From contig CAKKNE010000001.1 in the NCBI GenBank assembly GCA_918797485.1, positions 1,674,001 to 1,738,000 of the forward strand: a stretch of 64,000 bases of DNA. The letters are read 5' to 3'. Positions 30,494-40,805 of the stretch are shown one piece after another. Made by a program: the position numbers and the translations under genes. The stretch is from Pelagomonas calceolata (lineage: Eukaryota). Within the stretch, counting starts at the first letter, position 1, and every line of letters starts with the position of its first letter. The notes under the pieces are model-generated. The model saw nothing but the letters and a program-made list of their open reading frames with translations. It did not search any database and had not been told where the DNA came from.

Positions 30494-32482
30494 TTACGCG
30501 TCCCGGATGGCCTTGTCTCTAGCTCTCCTCCCCCCACACGTCAGCCATCTTGTACCTTTTTCAGCGGTGTTCATCATGAACTCCTTCGTGAAGCCGCAGA
30601 TGAAGCGCTTGCCCTTCTGGGTCCAGGGCTTCGCTCGCTTCGCCTCGTAGACGTTCAGGTAGTCTCTGATACTTTCATGGATGCATCTTGCGTCGTATCG
30701 GAGCGGGGGCTTCTGCCCCTTCTCCACTTTACCAGGTTGCGAGAAGAACTGGCGTAGATCGCCGTAAGGCACGTCGCTCCCCTTCTTGTTGCCCACGTCG
30801 CTCGGTTTGACCTTAGCCTTGCGAGATGGCAGGCCGGGCTCGTCCACTTGATGTTCTTTCCCATTAAACGTCGTAGGATTGGCTACGCGCGTATGCGGCG
30901 AGGCGGATAAGACGCGCCGCAACCGTCGGTAGATACATAAATTCATGAACGGGATGAACAATGATAGAACTGATAGACCAATCGCGGCGCCCTTGATGTA
31001 GATCACATCGAGATCGAACTTTCGGGATAGAGGTATGCTAGCCGCACTTACCACTAAAGATAAAAATATCAGCGCCACGTAGATGTGATTCACCTGGAAC
31101 GTAGCTAAAAATGATTCATTTTGAGATAACCGAGGCACCATCAGCACGAGCGTAAACCCGATGGCCACGACGTTCGCCAGGAACTCCTCGAATTGCTTGG
31201 AAAAGACGACGTTCAGCGCGTTCGCAAATAAAGCGAAGATGATCGGCGCGATCGTCTCCAGGAACGGTTGGCGCGCATCGCGATACAGGTAGAACGTCAC
31301 TCTCAACTTAGGAGTATAAAAGGGCTTCTTTCCCTCAATCCCGTCGCCGTCGGCCTCGTATTCTACGGTAGGTGACGAGTTCATGATCTCCCACTTCTTC
31401 ATCTCGTCCATCTTTGACGGGGAGTCGTAGTCCCTGACTCGTACTAGGTTCCTGAAATCCTTGACATGACACAGAATGGACGGTCTCAGTTCGTGGCCTG
31501 TCTCAGAAGTGAAGGAGGTCAATTCGATCATGACCTCGGCCGCCATGATGTGGAAGGGGTGGGCGCTGAAAACGCTATATAATTTCATGGGTACATTGGC
31601 CGCGAAGGTCGTGGACGTCGCGCGCCAGACACCACCATGCATAGATTGTGAAGTAGATGCGACTTTCCTCTCGTCAAAACACCCTTCCACCGACGTCTCG
31701 CCCTCGTTTACTCGCGTCGCAAAGTAGGGCGTCGCCGTTTTACCGGAGCAGCGCGGCAATGATGCAAGGTCGTAGAGCAGCGGCCGTTGTATGAGCGTAC
31801 CCACGAGCGAGATGCCGTCCTCGTCCGCCTCGGATCGCGACGCCACTAATTTTTTGATCATTAATGTAAGATACACAGGTACGACGACCTGCCGCGTCTT
31901 GTCGGACTTGATGGGCTTTGAGACGCGCAGCGACGGGTCCAAAAGCTCGTAGGCCGGTTCACTTCCGGCTAGCCGTGTCAGCTGCTCCCGCCCGTCCGCA
32001 TCCAATTGTAAAGCCGCCCGCGCGTCCTCGACCGCCTTGAGTGATTTCCTGTGGTCCTCGACACATTTTTTGAGCCGCGCGTGGAGCTTGCACCGCGCGC
32101 CGTAGCCGGCGATTATTGAAGCGGCTTGGCACGCGGCGCCGGGGCCCTCGCCCAGCAACTTGAGTTCCGCCGCGGGTGCGTTTAATAAGCTTTCGAGCAC
32201 CTCGCCATCCACGCCGTGCTTCAGAAACAGCTCGGAGCACGCGGCGATGCTACACTGCTCGCAGCACGCGTCCACCACCGATGCGACCTTGGCCGCGTCC
32301 CACGATCGAGCTCCCGCGGGCGGCGGCGGCTTCGGCGCCTCCTCTATTCTAACGTCGACGTCGTCGGCCGCGACTGCGCGCTTGCGCGTGCTCCGCGCCG
32401 GCGAGTAGCCCGGCCTATCCCCTGGATCGTAGCCGGGCGGGCGGTAGGTGCGGCCCAGGAGCCGCTCGGTGGCCGTGGGCAT
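30494..32482 (-). CDS. SAM-domain + Cys-less pentameric ligand-gated ion channel-like protein
   Basis: SAM-like SWDAAKVA...FLKHGVDGEVLESL; beta-rich domain with Pro-loop-like FSAHPFH..AEVMIEL; pre-M1 VTFYLYR with Pro in M1; four TM helices. Confidence 0.6.
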   Translation of the reverse strand: MPTATERLLGRTYRPPGYDPGDRPGYSPARSTRKRAVAADDVDVRIEEAPKPPPPAGARSWDAAKVASVVDACCEQCSIAACSELFLKHGVDGEVLESLLNAPAAELKLLGEGPGAACQAASIIAGYGARCKLHARLKKCVEDHRKSLKAVEDARAALQLDADGREQLTRLAGSEPAYELLDPSLRVSKPIKSDKTRQVVVPVYLTLMIKKLVASRSEADEDGISLVGTLIQRPLLYDLASLPRCSGKTATPYFATRVNEGETSVEGCFDERKVASTSQSMHGGVWRATSTTFAANVPMKLYSVFSAHPFHIMAAEVMIELTSFTSETGHELRPSILCHVKDFRNLVRVRDYDSPSKMDEMKKWEIMNSSPTVEYEADGDGIEGKKPFYTPKLRVTFYLYRDARQPFLETIAPIIFALFANALNVVFSKQFEEFLANVVAIGFTLVLMVPRLSQNESFLATFQVNHIYVALIFLSLVVSAASIPLSRKFDLDVIYIKGAAIGLSVLSLFIPFMNLCIYRRLRRVLSASPHTRVANPTTFNGKEHQVDEPGLPSRKAKVKPSDVGNKKGSDVPYGDLRQFFSQPGKVEKGQKPPLRYDARCIHESIRDYLNVYEAKRAKPWTQKGKRFICGFTKEFMMNTAEKGTRWLTCGGRRARDKAIRDA

Positions 32483-32837
32483 TGCTGCAAACGCTCGCAG
32501 AGGTCAGGCGTCGCGCGCGAGGTGGGTTGGTGCTGCCCGCGTGGACGCGCTCGCGTCGTCCGGCTGCCCGCGTATGCACGCTGCCAATCGACAAGGCGCT
32601 GCACCCCAGCGCCGCCGACGATTTGTGTCTTACGAACCGTCGGAAGGCTCGGGACGACGGTCCCACGCTTCTCCATCGCACGCGTCGAAGCGTGGCGACT
32701 GAAAAACCCGACCGGCGCGTTCCAGGCGGTTTGCGCATCGGCGCCTTCCTAGGCCCAATTCCCAGCTCGACGGGCGTTCGGGCAGCCTCGTACGCGACCA
32801 CCGAGAAGCCGCATCGGCTATAAACCCCTAGGCCACC

Positions 32838-33722
32838 ATGGCCATGTGGGTAGGGCGCGAGGAGGAGATCCCGGCCTACCGCCTGGCGCACAACCAGGAG
32901 GCGACGCCGGCGACGCTCGGTTTGTTCCAGGCCTGTGAAGCTGGGGATGCCGTCAAAGTAGGAGAGTTCCTCGCGCAAAATGGACGAGCGAACTACTTCG
33001 ACGACGTCAAGGGCGGGACGACGCCGGTGCACGCCGCGTGCACCCTGCCGAAGGACGCTAGTGCGTTAGAAGCGTTGATTGCCTTCGCAGCCACGGAACC
33101 AGGTGATGATTTGAAGCCCCTGTTCGACCTCCCTTCTACTGTGCTAAAAGCCACACCTTTACATTGCGCGGCCGAAGTGGGCAATTCAGCACAACTAGAA
33201 GTGTTACTCAAGTTAGGTATAGATGCCAACGGCGAAAACGCCTACGGGGATACTCCTTTATTGGTAGCGTGCGCGAACAACCAGGCGGAGTGTGTCAAAT
33301 TGCTGCTAGAACATAATGCAGACCCCACCAAAGCCAACCACAAAAAACAAAATGCCCTGCACATGGCCGTGGCGGGCCTGGGCAAGGCGCTGCGGAGCGA
33401 GGAGGGCAAGGAGAACGAAAACGTCGAGGAGAAATTATTGGTTGCGAAGCGGTTGCTGGAGGACCCGAAAGTCCCTCTCGCCAAGCGCATCGACCCGAAC
33501 CACGCCGACGCCAACGGCCAGACGCCGCTCCACCACATCGCGGTCATGAAGGAGCGGCCCGCGACCGTGGCTTTGGCCAAATTATTGTTGGCGTCCGGTG
33601 GGAAAGCCAAGGTCATGGATGCGAGCGGAAAACGGCCCTCGGAGCTGGGGGCGGGCCGGGCGACGCCGCGCGGCGAGCTGACGGCTCTACTCAAACGCCA
33701 CGAGCTGTTGGTGTTGGGCTAG
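32838..33722 (+). CDS. Ankyrin repeat protein
   Basis: TPVHAA, TPLHCAA, GDTPLLVA, NALHMA and GQTPLHH repeats. Confidence 0.9.
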   Translation: MAMWVGREEEIPAYRLAHNQEATPATLGLFQACEAGDAVKVGEFLAQNGRANYFDDVKGGTTPVHAACTLPKDASALEALIAFAATEPGDDLKPLFDLPSTVLKATPLHCAAEVGNSAQLEVLLKLGIDANGENAYGDTPLLVACANNQAECVKLLLEHNADPTKANHKKQNALHMAVAGLGKALRSEEGKENENVEEKLLVAKRLLEDPKVPLAKRIDPNHADANGQTPLHHIAVMKERPATVALAKLLLASGGKAKVMDASGKRPSELGAGRATPRGELTALLKRHELLVLG

Positions 33723-33741
33723 GTTTCCTATGCGTAAGTAC

Positions 33742-34431
33742 TTACAACCGGCCTGGTATGTAGGGCATCATGTGGACCTCGACGCGTCTGTTCACGGCTC
33801 CTTTTTCCTCGGTGATGTCGTCGCTCAAGCGCCGCGTGCCCGCGAAGCCCACGGCGTACACACGATCTGTGTCCACGCCGCACTTGGCAACGAAGGACTT
33901 GATCGCTTCCGCCCTGGCTTTGCTTAAACCGTAGGCGCCGCCGGGGCAGCGCGCGCACATGTCGCTTCCGACCTTTCGCGCCGCCTTGCAGGGCTTCCCC
34001 GTCGCGCCGCGGCATTCCAGGCCGCAGGTTGAGTTCACATGTCCCTCAAACCGCACGACGACGCCGGGGTGGGACTTGAGCGTCCGCAGCAGTTGGGCGA
34101 GAATCGGTTGCGACGCCGGCAAGGGCACTGCCCGCGACCCGACGAATTGAATCATCCGGGAGAACCAGATGCGTTTCGCGCCCGGATCGACGAGCACCCC
34201 GGCTCCCCGCAGCGCGCACGAGCGACAGATCGCGAAGTCGCCGCGGACGTATGTTTTGTGAAGCCAATTGATTGCCCTCTCAAACGCTTTTCCGGCGGCC
34301 GGCTTCGGCAGGTGCCGCCGTATGGGGACAGTAGCCGTGTCCTGATACAAAGGAAAGTATCCCCGACGCGAGCAATGCCGCACCAGCACAATTTTGCGTT
34401 GTAAAACCCGTCGCGTTATATGAGGAGACAT
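33742..34431 (-). CDS. OmpA/MotB C-terminal-like domain protein with a Cys-rich insert
   Basis: IQF......P.S.PIL..L...L..HP.V.VRFEGH, LSKARAEAIK, AVGFAG, NRRVEV; start uncertain. Confidence 0.7.
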   Translation of the reverse strand: MSPHITRRVLQRKIVLVRHCSRRGYFPLYQDTATVPIRRHLPKPAAGKAFERAINWLHKTYVRGDFAICRSCALRGAGVLVDPGAKRIWFSRMIQFVGSRAVPLPASQPILAQLLRTLKSHPGVVVRFEGHVNSTCGLECRGATGKPCKAARKVGSDMCARCPGGAYGLSKARAEAIKSFVAKCGVDTDRVYAVGFAGTRRLSDDITEEKGAVNRRVEVHMMPYIPGRL

Positions 34432-34471
34432 GTGCACGCCATCGCCGCGACCACACCACACACAGATTTAC

Positions 34472-35452
34472 TCAGGAGGGAAACAGCGGCTCATCGTCGT
34501 CGAACGGATACGAGTCAAGCGCCGCGAGCGCCGCGCCGTCTCCCCTCACCCCGGCGAGGATGCCGACGTGGGGATTATCCCCACCTTCAAACCTCAACAG
34601 CCGCACGTCATAGCCCCGTTCGCTCGCGTAGCGCAACCTATCTTCTTCGAGGATCCGCCGCGCCTGCCGGAAGAGCCGCGTCCGCGCGCCGTCCCCCAAC
34701 ATCGCCGAAGCTCTAGCTGCAGGCGGCTCGTCGGCGTCGACTAGTGTGACATAATCTTCGGGAGAGACGTCAAAACCTGCGAGCCACGCCGAGCGTGGGT
34801 AATTGAGCGAAGGCGGCGCCGTCGTAGGCATGCGACCGCCCTTACTCGTGGTCTTCGCCACGGCCTTCCAGAGGCAGCAGGGCGACACGACGAAGGCCGC
34901 GCCACTGTCCACCGCGGCTTCGATGGCCATGTCGGCCACGGCGCCACAAGCCCGTAACGCGACGACGCAGTCATTTTTGTTGAGATGTGGTCCCAATTCC
35001 GCGCAGTCCACGGTCTTCGTCTTGATCTGGAGCGAGGCCTCGTCCGCGCGCTCTGCTGCCACGTCGAGTGCCCTTGCCGAGACGTCGCAGAGCAACACGT
35101 CCTTCCTCAAAAAGTATGCTAGAGGCAGCGCCACGTCGCCGCGACCGGCGCACGGGTCGACGATGCGCGCGCCGTCCAGCGCGCGCGCGACCGTCGCCAA
35201 GGCTTCTATTGATGCCCTTGAACGCCGCTGCTCGTCGTCCCGCTCCCGCGTCGCCGGCAGGAGGCCCTCGTCTATGGCGGACCAGTCCAGTGCCGTTGTA
35301 TGTAACACGTCCGGGTCCGGTAACGCACTGGCACTGCCGATCGCGTCCACGAGCGCTACGGCTTTTGCCCTGGCTGCAGCCCTGGGGTTGCCCTGCAGGT
35401 AGTCCACTGCGCGCGCGCTCGCGAGCAGCAATAGTGCGACGGTGGCACGCAT
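34472..35452 (-). CDS. SAM-dependent methyltransferase (Methyltransf_32-like) with signal peptide
   Basis: IVDPCAGRGDVAL, VALRACG..AD and SPCC motifs. Confidence 0.75.
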   Translation of the reverse strand: MRATVALLLLASARAVDYLQGNPRAAARAKAVALVDAIGSASALPDPDVLHTTALDWSAIDEGLLPATRERDDEQRRSRASIEALATVARALDGARIVDPCAGRGDVALPLAYFLRKDVLLCDVSARALDVAAERADEASLQIKTKTVDCAELGPHLNKNDCVVALRACGAVADMAIEAAVDSGAAFVVSPCCLWKAVAKTTSKGGRMPTTAPPSLNYPRSAWLAGFDVSPEDYVTLVDADEPPAARASAMLGDGARTRLFRQARRILEEDRLRYASERGYDVRLLRFEGGDNPHVGILAGVRGDGAALAALDSYPFDDDEPLFPS

Positions 35453-35527
35453 CGATGGCGTAGTTGCTGCTGCAATTTGCACACTGTGGGCTGTGTTATG
35501 ACGCTTGCACTTGATCGTCGAGTGAGT

Positions 35528-35551
35528 GCTAGTGTGTCAATGCACGCTAGC
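35528..35551 (+). promoter_or_regulatory. Conserved upstream element (copy 6, variant), divergent promoter
   Basis: gctagtgtgtcaatgcacgctagc, closely matching copy 2. Confidence 0.6.
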
Positions 35552-35726
35552 GCCAAGAGGGAGAAGGGGGAAAAAAGGGCCGCACGAGCCTCTATCGGCT
35601 CTAACTGTGTGTCTCGTTACTTTGGTTTCGCTGCGCAATCCACCCCAGCAAGTTTCAGCCGCCAAAGTGTCGGCGCCGCAGAGAAGAGAGAAGGAGGCCA
35701 CAAGGCTACAACAAAACGCAATCGTC

Positions 35727-37229
35727 ATGGTGCGCACACGCGCCGGCACGAGAACAACAACATCGACGAGCGTTGCGTCCGAAGCGACGGACAGTTGCGA
35801 CCCGGCACTACGGATGGTCCTCCGCGGCACGATCTGCGCGTCGTCGCCGCTGCGGCTCCTGCGGGGGAAGGAGGACATCCTCAAGTCCCTCTTCGGGCTC
35901 GTGCTCGAAGAGTACTGGGCCGCGTGCCTCGAGGACACGGCCGCGCGCCACCCGCGGGCCTGGGCGCGCGAGTTCGAGCGGTGCACTAACATAAGGCCGG
36001 CCGATCCTGACGATGTCGAAAATGCGCCGCGAACCGGCTTCGGCTACCCGCGCTGGCCGGGGTGGCTCTCGCTCAGCCTCTTCGGGCGCGAAACGGAGGA
36101 CGGCGAGTTCATCCGCACGCGTTCGGACAGACTGGTCACATTTCCGGAGAACCGCGGGCGCTACTGCAACATGCTTCCGTTCCGGTTCGACGATCTCGAC
36201 ACGTTGCCGGCCGAGTTCCGCGACTACGCCCGCCTGATCGAGCGCTGCCAGAGCCACTCGACCGACTACGCCCGACGAGACCCCTGCGTCGCGTACCTGA
36301 CCGTCGACGAGCGGGCGCCGGCGCCGGGCGCGTCGCAGCGCCGACCGGGCCTGCACTGCGAACGCGCCGGCGCGACCGGGTCACACATGGAGCCGCCGGA
36401 AGCGTTCGGCTGGGGCTACGGGACGGTCTGTTTCAAGGATTGCGCGCAACCCACGGGCGGTATCTTCATGGCCAGTACCGTGGGCGGCACGACGCGGATC
36501 TGGAACACGCGCGTCTGCGACGCGGCCGGCGACGGCGTGATCGGACCGCACGGCAATCTCGAGCGCCTCCGGCCGCTGCTCGACGGGCGCGTGGAGTCGC
36601 ATACGCTCGAGGCGAACGAGCTGGCCTGGCTGACGGACCGTACGCCGCACGAGAGCCTCCCGGTGCCGGACGGCGCGCCGAGGCAGTACTTCCGCCTCGT
36701 CGTGGGGAAGGTCGACCTGTGGTACGCGGCGCACTCGACGGCGAATCCGCGGGTCGCGCTCCCGGATACAGTCCGCGTCGTCGCTGGAGACAAGTTCGCC
36801 TCGGCGCCGCCGCTGCGCTGGGTCCAGGGCGACGCGGCGCTCGCGGAGGAGCGCACGACTTTCCGCACGATGCTCGAGAGCTATTCGCTCGGCGACCGCG
36901 TCGACGACATCGCCGCGTTGGGCGTGAGGACCGTCGCGGACCTGCGCGGCGTGGCGACGCCGGCTGCCCTGGGCATCAACGCTTACATGGACGACGAGGA
37001 CGGGAGGGTCGTCCGCGGCGTCCAGATCGGGTACCTCGACCTCGATGACCCGGAAGGGGAGTTCGGTCCCCTCCACAAAGGCGGTGGAAATCTCTACACT
37101 CTCTGGGCGAGTGTCCGAGTGCAGCCGTCTGTCCGCGCGGTGCTCGAGCTCTGGGAACAGAGCGCGAGCATCTGGCCGGCGGACGTGGACGAGGACGCCA
37201 TGGGCGAGGACCGCGAATTTGAAGGGTAG
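35727..37229 (+). CDS. Uncharacterised protein with a probable 2OG-Fe(II) dioxygenase-like fold
   Basis: YLTVDE...QRRPGLHCE (HxE), GGIFMAS, WLTDRTPHESLP (distal His), RQYFRLV. Confidence 0.55.
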   Translation: MVRTRAGTRTTTSTSVASEATDSCDPALRMVLRGTICASSPLRLLRGKEDILKSLFGLVLEEYWAACLEDTAARHPRAWAREFERCTNIRPADPDDVENAPRTGFGYPRWPGWLSLSLFGRETEDGEFIRTRSDRLVTFPENRGRYCNMLPFRFDDLDTLPAEFRDYARLIERCQSHSTDYARRDPCVAYLTVDERAPAPGASQRRPGLHCERAGATGSHMEPPEAFGWGYGTVCFKDCAQPTGGIFMASTVGGTTRIWNTRVCDAAGDGVIGPHGNLERLRPLLDGRVESHTLEANELAWLTDRTPHESLPVPDGAPRQYFRLVVGKVDLWYAAHSTANPRVALPDTVRVVAGDKFASAPPLRWVQGDAALAEERTTFRTMLESYSLGDRVDDIAALGVRTVADLRGVATPAALGINAYMDDEDGRVVRGVQIGYLDLDDPEGEFGPLHKGGGNLYTLWASVRVQPSVRAVLELWEQSASIWPADVDEDAMGEDREFEG

Positions 37230-37310
37230 TAGTGACGACCCCTCCCCCCCCCCCCGACTAGATACCCCCTGTGCATGCATCTCAAAAATAATAACAACAA
37301 AGTCGATGAA

Positions 37311-39620
37311 TTAGGGCGCCAAGGCCTGCGCCGCCTTGCGCCGAGCAATGTAGTCCTCGCCCGGTAATAATTTTCCAGACGCGTCCCGCCTGGATCTATA
37401 CTCTGCTCCAGTCGAAGAGCGCAACCCGATGGCAAGCAAAGCCTCGGACGCCTCTCCCGCACTCTTGATGGGCTCGCCCGACTCGTCGAAGCGCGGCGCG
37501 TACGCCGCGCCGGCCTCGGCCTCCAAACCCAGACCTAACCGAGACTTGCGGTTCTTCTTCCAGCGCATCCTAATACTATCTTGGGAGTCGTGCTCGGAAT
37601 CCTGGGAGCCGGGCTGCCACCACTGTCGAGGCGAGACTTTTCTGTATTCGCGCTTGTTCCGGTCCCGACACGCATCCCTACAATTGCGACCCCACATCAG
37701 GACACACTTGGGAGCGACCACAATATTCAAGGCCCGCTTGATCTCGACGTGGGCGCCCCAGGGCTTGAAACGCCAATTTTCAAATCTTTTCAATGATCGT
37801 CGACACTTCCCGCCCTTCGCCCAGGGCGTCCGCGGGTCCCTCACGAGCTGCAAAGAACCGCAGATCCCGAACCTCTCGCAGAAGTTCGCGTAGACAAGAT
37901 GCTCGGTAAGCTCCTCTTCGACGAACGTCCGGATCGCGCTCTGCGCGTTGTGCAGTTTTTTGAGGAGCCAGGGCCGTTCGATGGTCGCGTTGCTTGCCAT
38001 CTTGCGTTGGGCGGCCTTGGCCTTCTCGCTATCCGTTAAATATTTCACGAAGCGTCGTAAATGTGCCGTGACCTCGGCGGACGTGCCGTTCGTGTCCTGC
38101 GCGTGTTGATAGGGTGATGGCGTGGACCTCGGCCCCGGCGCGCGCGGTCGCGGCGATGGCGTGTGTCTGGGGCGGCCCGTACGCCATCGACGCGAGACGG
38201 CGATGGCGTGCGATGCGAAGCAACGGACGCCGCACGTTACGGTAAGCGTCACGAAGGGCTGGCACTGCAACCCTATATAAGGCATCGACTGGATCGAAAC
38301 CATCACCGGTAATCCGAACATCAACGCCTCGTACAACACTCTTGGATTTCTATCACCGTTGCTGAAATGTATTAATCCAGAAGCGCGAGACATGACCGAG
38401 ACCATCTGCTCGTGCGACAATCTCGTAGAGTGCAGTGTCACCTTGCCCTGCCATCTTTCCTGAACCTCTTTCTGAATAGCAGCATAATCATCTCCACCGA
38501 CGTCCGCCTGGCGCACGCCGAAGAACTCCAGATTGTAGGGCCCCAGCGTCTCCTTGGAGACGATGCGCAGGAAGTCGAGTTGCCCTTTGTTTGGTCTATA
38601 AGAACCAACATAGATCAAGGTCCTCTCTCGTTTCTCCGAGGCCTTGACCGCTACGTCATCATAGATGACGCGTTCCTTCGGTGGTAACAGGATGGGTTTC
38701 GGGAGGGCGTCATCTCTGATAATTTCAATCGGCGCGTGGCCGCCTATCAACCGGAAGGCCGGTTCGATCACTCGTCGCTGGAAGACCACGTCCGGCAAGC
38801 GCGCAATATTTTGCGGTCTCGTGACGCGAGGCACGCCCGCTCCATCAGGATCCTTCTCCGAGGCATACAACAGATTCCGCTCGTACAAACCTCGGATCTC
38901 CGCGTGCGGGTTCACGAGCGGCAGCCAGGCGATCTTCGTCGGGGGATCCGCTTTTAATGAGACTTGTTCAGCACCAAGAATCCTCTTGCCTTGCCGATCA
39001 AACGCGTACGCGTCGCAGGCTCCCAAGTAATCGTGCGGCGCATTTCTCCCAGCATCAACCCAAAACGGGTCGCCCGTGTTGCCGCAGTAGTGGTTCGCAC
39101 ACAAGAATCGGAGGCGCTTGTCCTCGCCGCCACCCAATACCACAACTAAACCGGGCGGCGGGTCACCACTCGTAATACAGGAAGTGCGTTGTAGAGAACT
39201 ACAGTCGGCGCACGTGCCGTCGTCGTTGTGCACTATCACCCTAAGACCGGTCAACTGGTGCAAACATTGCGCCATGCCGTCGCGCCAGTCCGCGCGACTG
39301 CCTTCGCATAAGTTACTTTTTGATGCTGTCATCGTCTGCACCAATAATAATATACTACGGTTCTGTGCTCGCAACTTCTCGCCATCCTCGCTGAGAGCGA
39401 CTCGTTGGCAGGAAGCCGTCGCCTTCGTCTTGCCTTGTCTGTGATACGACGCGTCGTGCAGTTGGCTTGCTCGTTGGATCATATTTACGCCCTGGGCATG
39501 GACTCTCCCGAACTCCTCCTTGTATACGGAACCGTCCTTGTTCTTGAGCGGGTCGGGGTTGCTGCTGCCGCCGCCCGTGTTGGCGGCGCTGCAGGCGGTG
39601 AGCAGCAGCAGCATCCGCAT
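37311..39620 (-). CDS. Secretory-pathway GT-B (GT4/Glycos_transf_1-like) glycosyltransferase, 2 exons
   Basis: Signal peptide; LIYVGSYRPNKGQ, NPRVLYEALMFGLPV; in-frame GT-AG intron 38097-38240 (144 nt). Confidence 0.7.
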   Translation of the reverse strand: MRMLLLLTACSAANTGGGSSNPDPLKNKDGSVYKEEFGRVHAQGVNMIQRASQLHDASYHRQGKTKATASCQRVALSEDGEKLRAQNRSILLLVQTMTASKSNLCEGSRADWRDGMAQCLHQLTGLRVIVHNDDGTCADCSSLQRTSCITSGDPPPGLVVVLGGGEDKRLRFLCANHYCGNTGDPFWVDAGRNAPHDYLGACDAYAFDRQGKRILGAEQVSLKADPPTKIAWLPLVNPHAEIRGLYERNLLYASEKDPDGAGVPRVTRPQNIARLPDVVFQRRVIEPAFRLIGGHAPIEIIRDDALPKPILLPPKERVIYDDVAVKASEKRERTLIYVGSYRPNKGQLDFLRIVSKETLGPYNLEFFGVRQADVGGDDYAAIQKEVQERWQGKVTLHSTRLSHEQMVSVMSRASGLIHFSNGDRNPRVLYEALMFGLPVMVSIQSMPYIGLQCQPFVTLTVTCGVRCFASHAIAVSRRWRTGRPRHTPSPRPRAPGPRSTPSPYQHAQDTNGTSAEVTAHLRRFVKYLTDSEKAKAAQRKMASNATIERPWLLKKLHNAQSAIRTFVEEELTEHLVYANFCERFGICGSLQLVRDPRTPWAKGGKCRRSLKRFENWRFKPWGAHVEIKRALNIVVAPKCVLMWGRNCRDACRDRNKREYRKVSPRQWWQPGSQDSEHDSQDSIRMRWKKNRKSRLGLGLEAEAGAAYAPRFDESGEPIKSAGEASEALLAIGLRSSTGAEYRSRRDASGKLLPGEDYIARRKAAQALAP

Positions 39621-40025
39621 TTTTTTGTGCAGCGCCGCAGCGATGGCGTTATTGATCAGGGCAGCCGGCTTGGTGATCGCTGTCGCGGCTCAGGCAGCCC
39701 GCGGCATTATTGCGCCGTTCTGGGTGGACGCCAGCGACACTGACAGCACCAAAAATTGCTCGACAGGAGAGCCTGGTTCGGGTTTCTGCGGCGATCCCCT
39801 GCGGGACGCGTCGACCGGCGTTTGCGGCGAGTCAAAGACGCCTTGCGACGCCTTAAAAAATTGAGAAAAACCCGCGTCCTAGCATCAAGCTCCAGCTCGA
39901 TTGCCCCGGAACACCACCGTTCTCGACCGCTGAGCGCAATCAAGCTAGCACACTCCTCAGGCCACGACAGAACGCAGTCGTGCGACCGCTCGCGAATTGA
40001 GAGAAGCTCACGTGCGCTCCGCACC

Positions 40026-40772
40026 ATGAAACAAGTGATTCTTGCGCTCGCCTTGCTGAGCCATGCGGCCGCCCTCTTGCCGACGCCGCCGCGGCGACGA
40101 ACCGTAGCCAGATACGGCTTCCTCGACGACCTCATGGACAAGTTAGATGGAGGCGCGGACAAGGACGACGCCTGGAAGGACGAGATGATGCGCGAGCAGC
40201 AAGCTATTCTTGCGAACCGCCGCGCGTCGGGCGGGTTCATCACCGAGGCGCAAGAGGAAGAAATCCGCCAGCGCCGCGCCAAAGTCGGGGAAGAAGAAGA
40301 TAGGCTCAAGGCGATCCAGCAGTCGCGCGAGGCCGACAATCTTGATCAGTGGAAGTCGGCTAGGGACTCCGGTGCGATCAAGACGGCGTCATCTGGCCTG
40401 AAGCGGGACGCGGATTCATCGAGGATGGGCTCCGCTGGCCTGTTTGCCGAAAGAGCTGATGCCAAAATGCCTTATATCGATCGGGGCTACGTGCAAGAAA
40501 CGACGTCGGACGGCATCCCGATCAAGAAGAAGGCTCAGGAGAGCGCGCCCGCGGCGCCGAACCCGTTCGCCGGGTTCCAGAACCCCTTCGAGAAGAAGGA
40601 AGCATCAGCTCCGGCGCCGGCGCCCGCGCCCGCGCCGGCGGCGCCCGAGCTGCCGAACCCCTTCGCCGCCTTCTTCGACAAGCCCAAAACTCCAGAACCG
40701 GAGCCGGCGCCCGAGCCCGAGGCGCCGAACCCGTTCGAGGCCTTCGGCAAGATGTTCGGCGGCGACAAGTAG
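40026..40772 (+). CDS. Probably plastid-targeted protein of unknown function with C-terminal NPF repeats
   Basis: Signal peptide plus transit-like stretch; coiled-coil core; four NPF motifs. Confidence 0.7.
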   Translation: MKQVILALALLSHAAALLPTPPRRRTVARYGFLDDLMDKLDGGADKDDAWKDEMMREQQAILANRRASGGFITEAQEEEIRQRRAKVGEEEDRLKAIQQSREADNLDQWKSARDSGAIKTASSGLKRDADSSRMGSAGLFAERADAKMPYIDRGYVQETTSDGIPIKKKAQESAPAAPNPFAGFQNPFEKKEASAPAPAPAPAPAAPELPNPFAAFFDKPKTPEPEPAPEPEAPNPFEAFGKMFGGDK

Positions 40773-40805
40773 CTCGAGTAACTAGATTCGAGTGACGAGT
40801 CGTAG

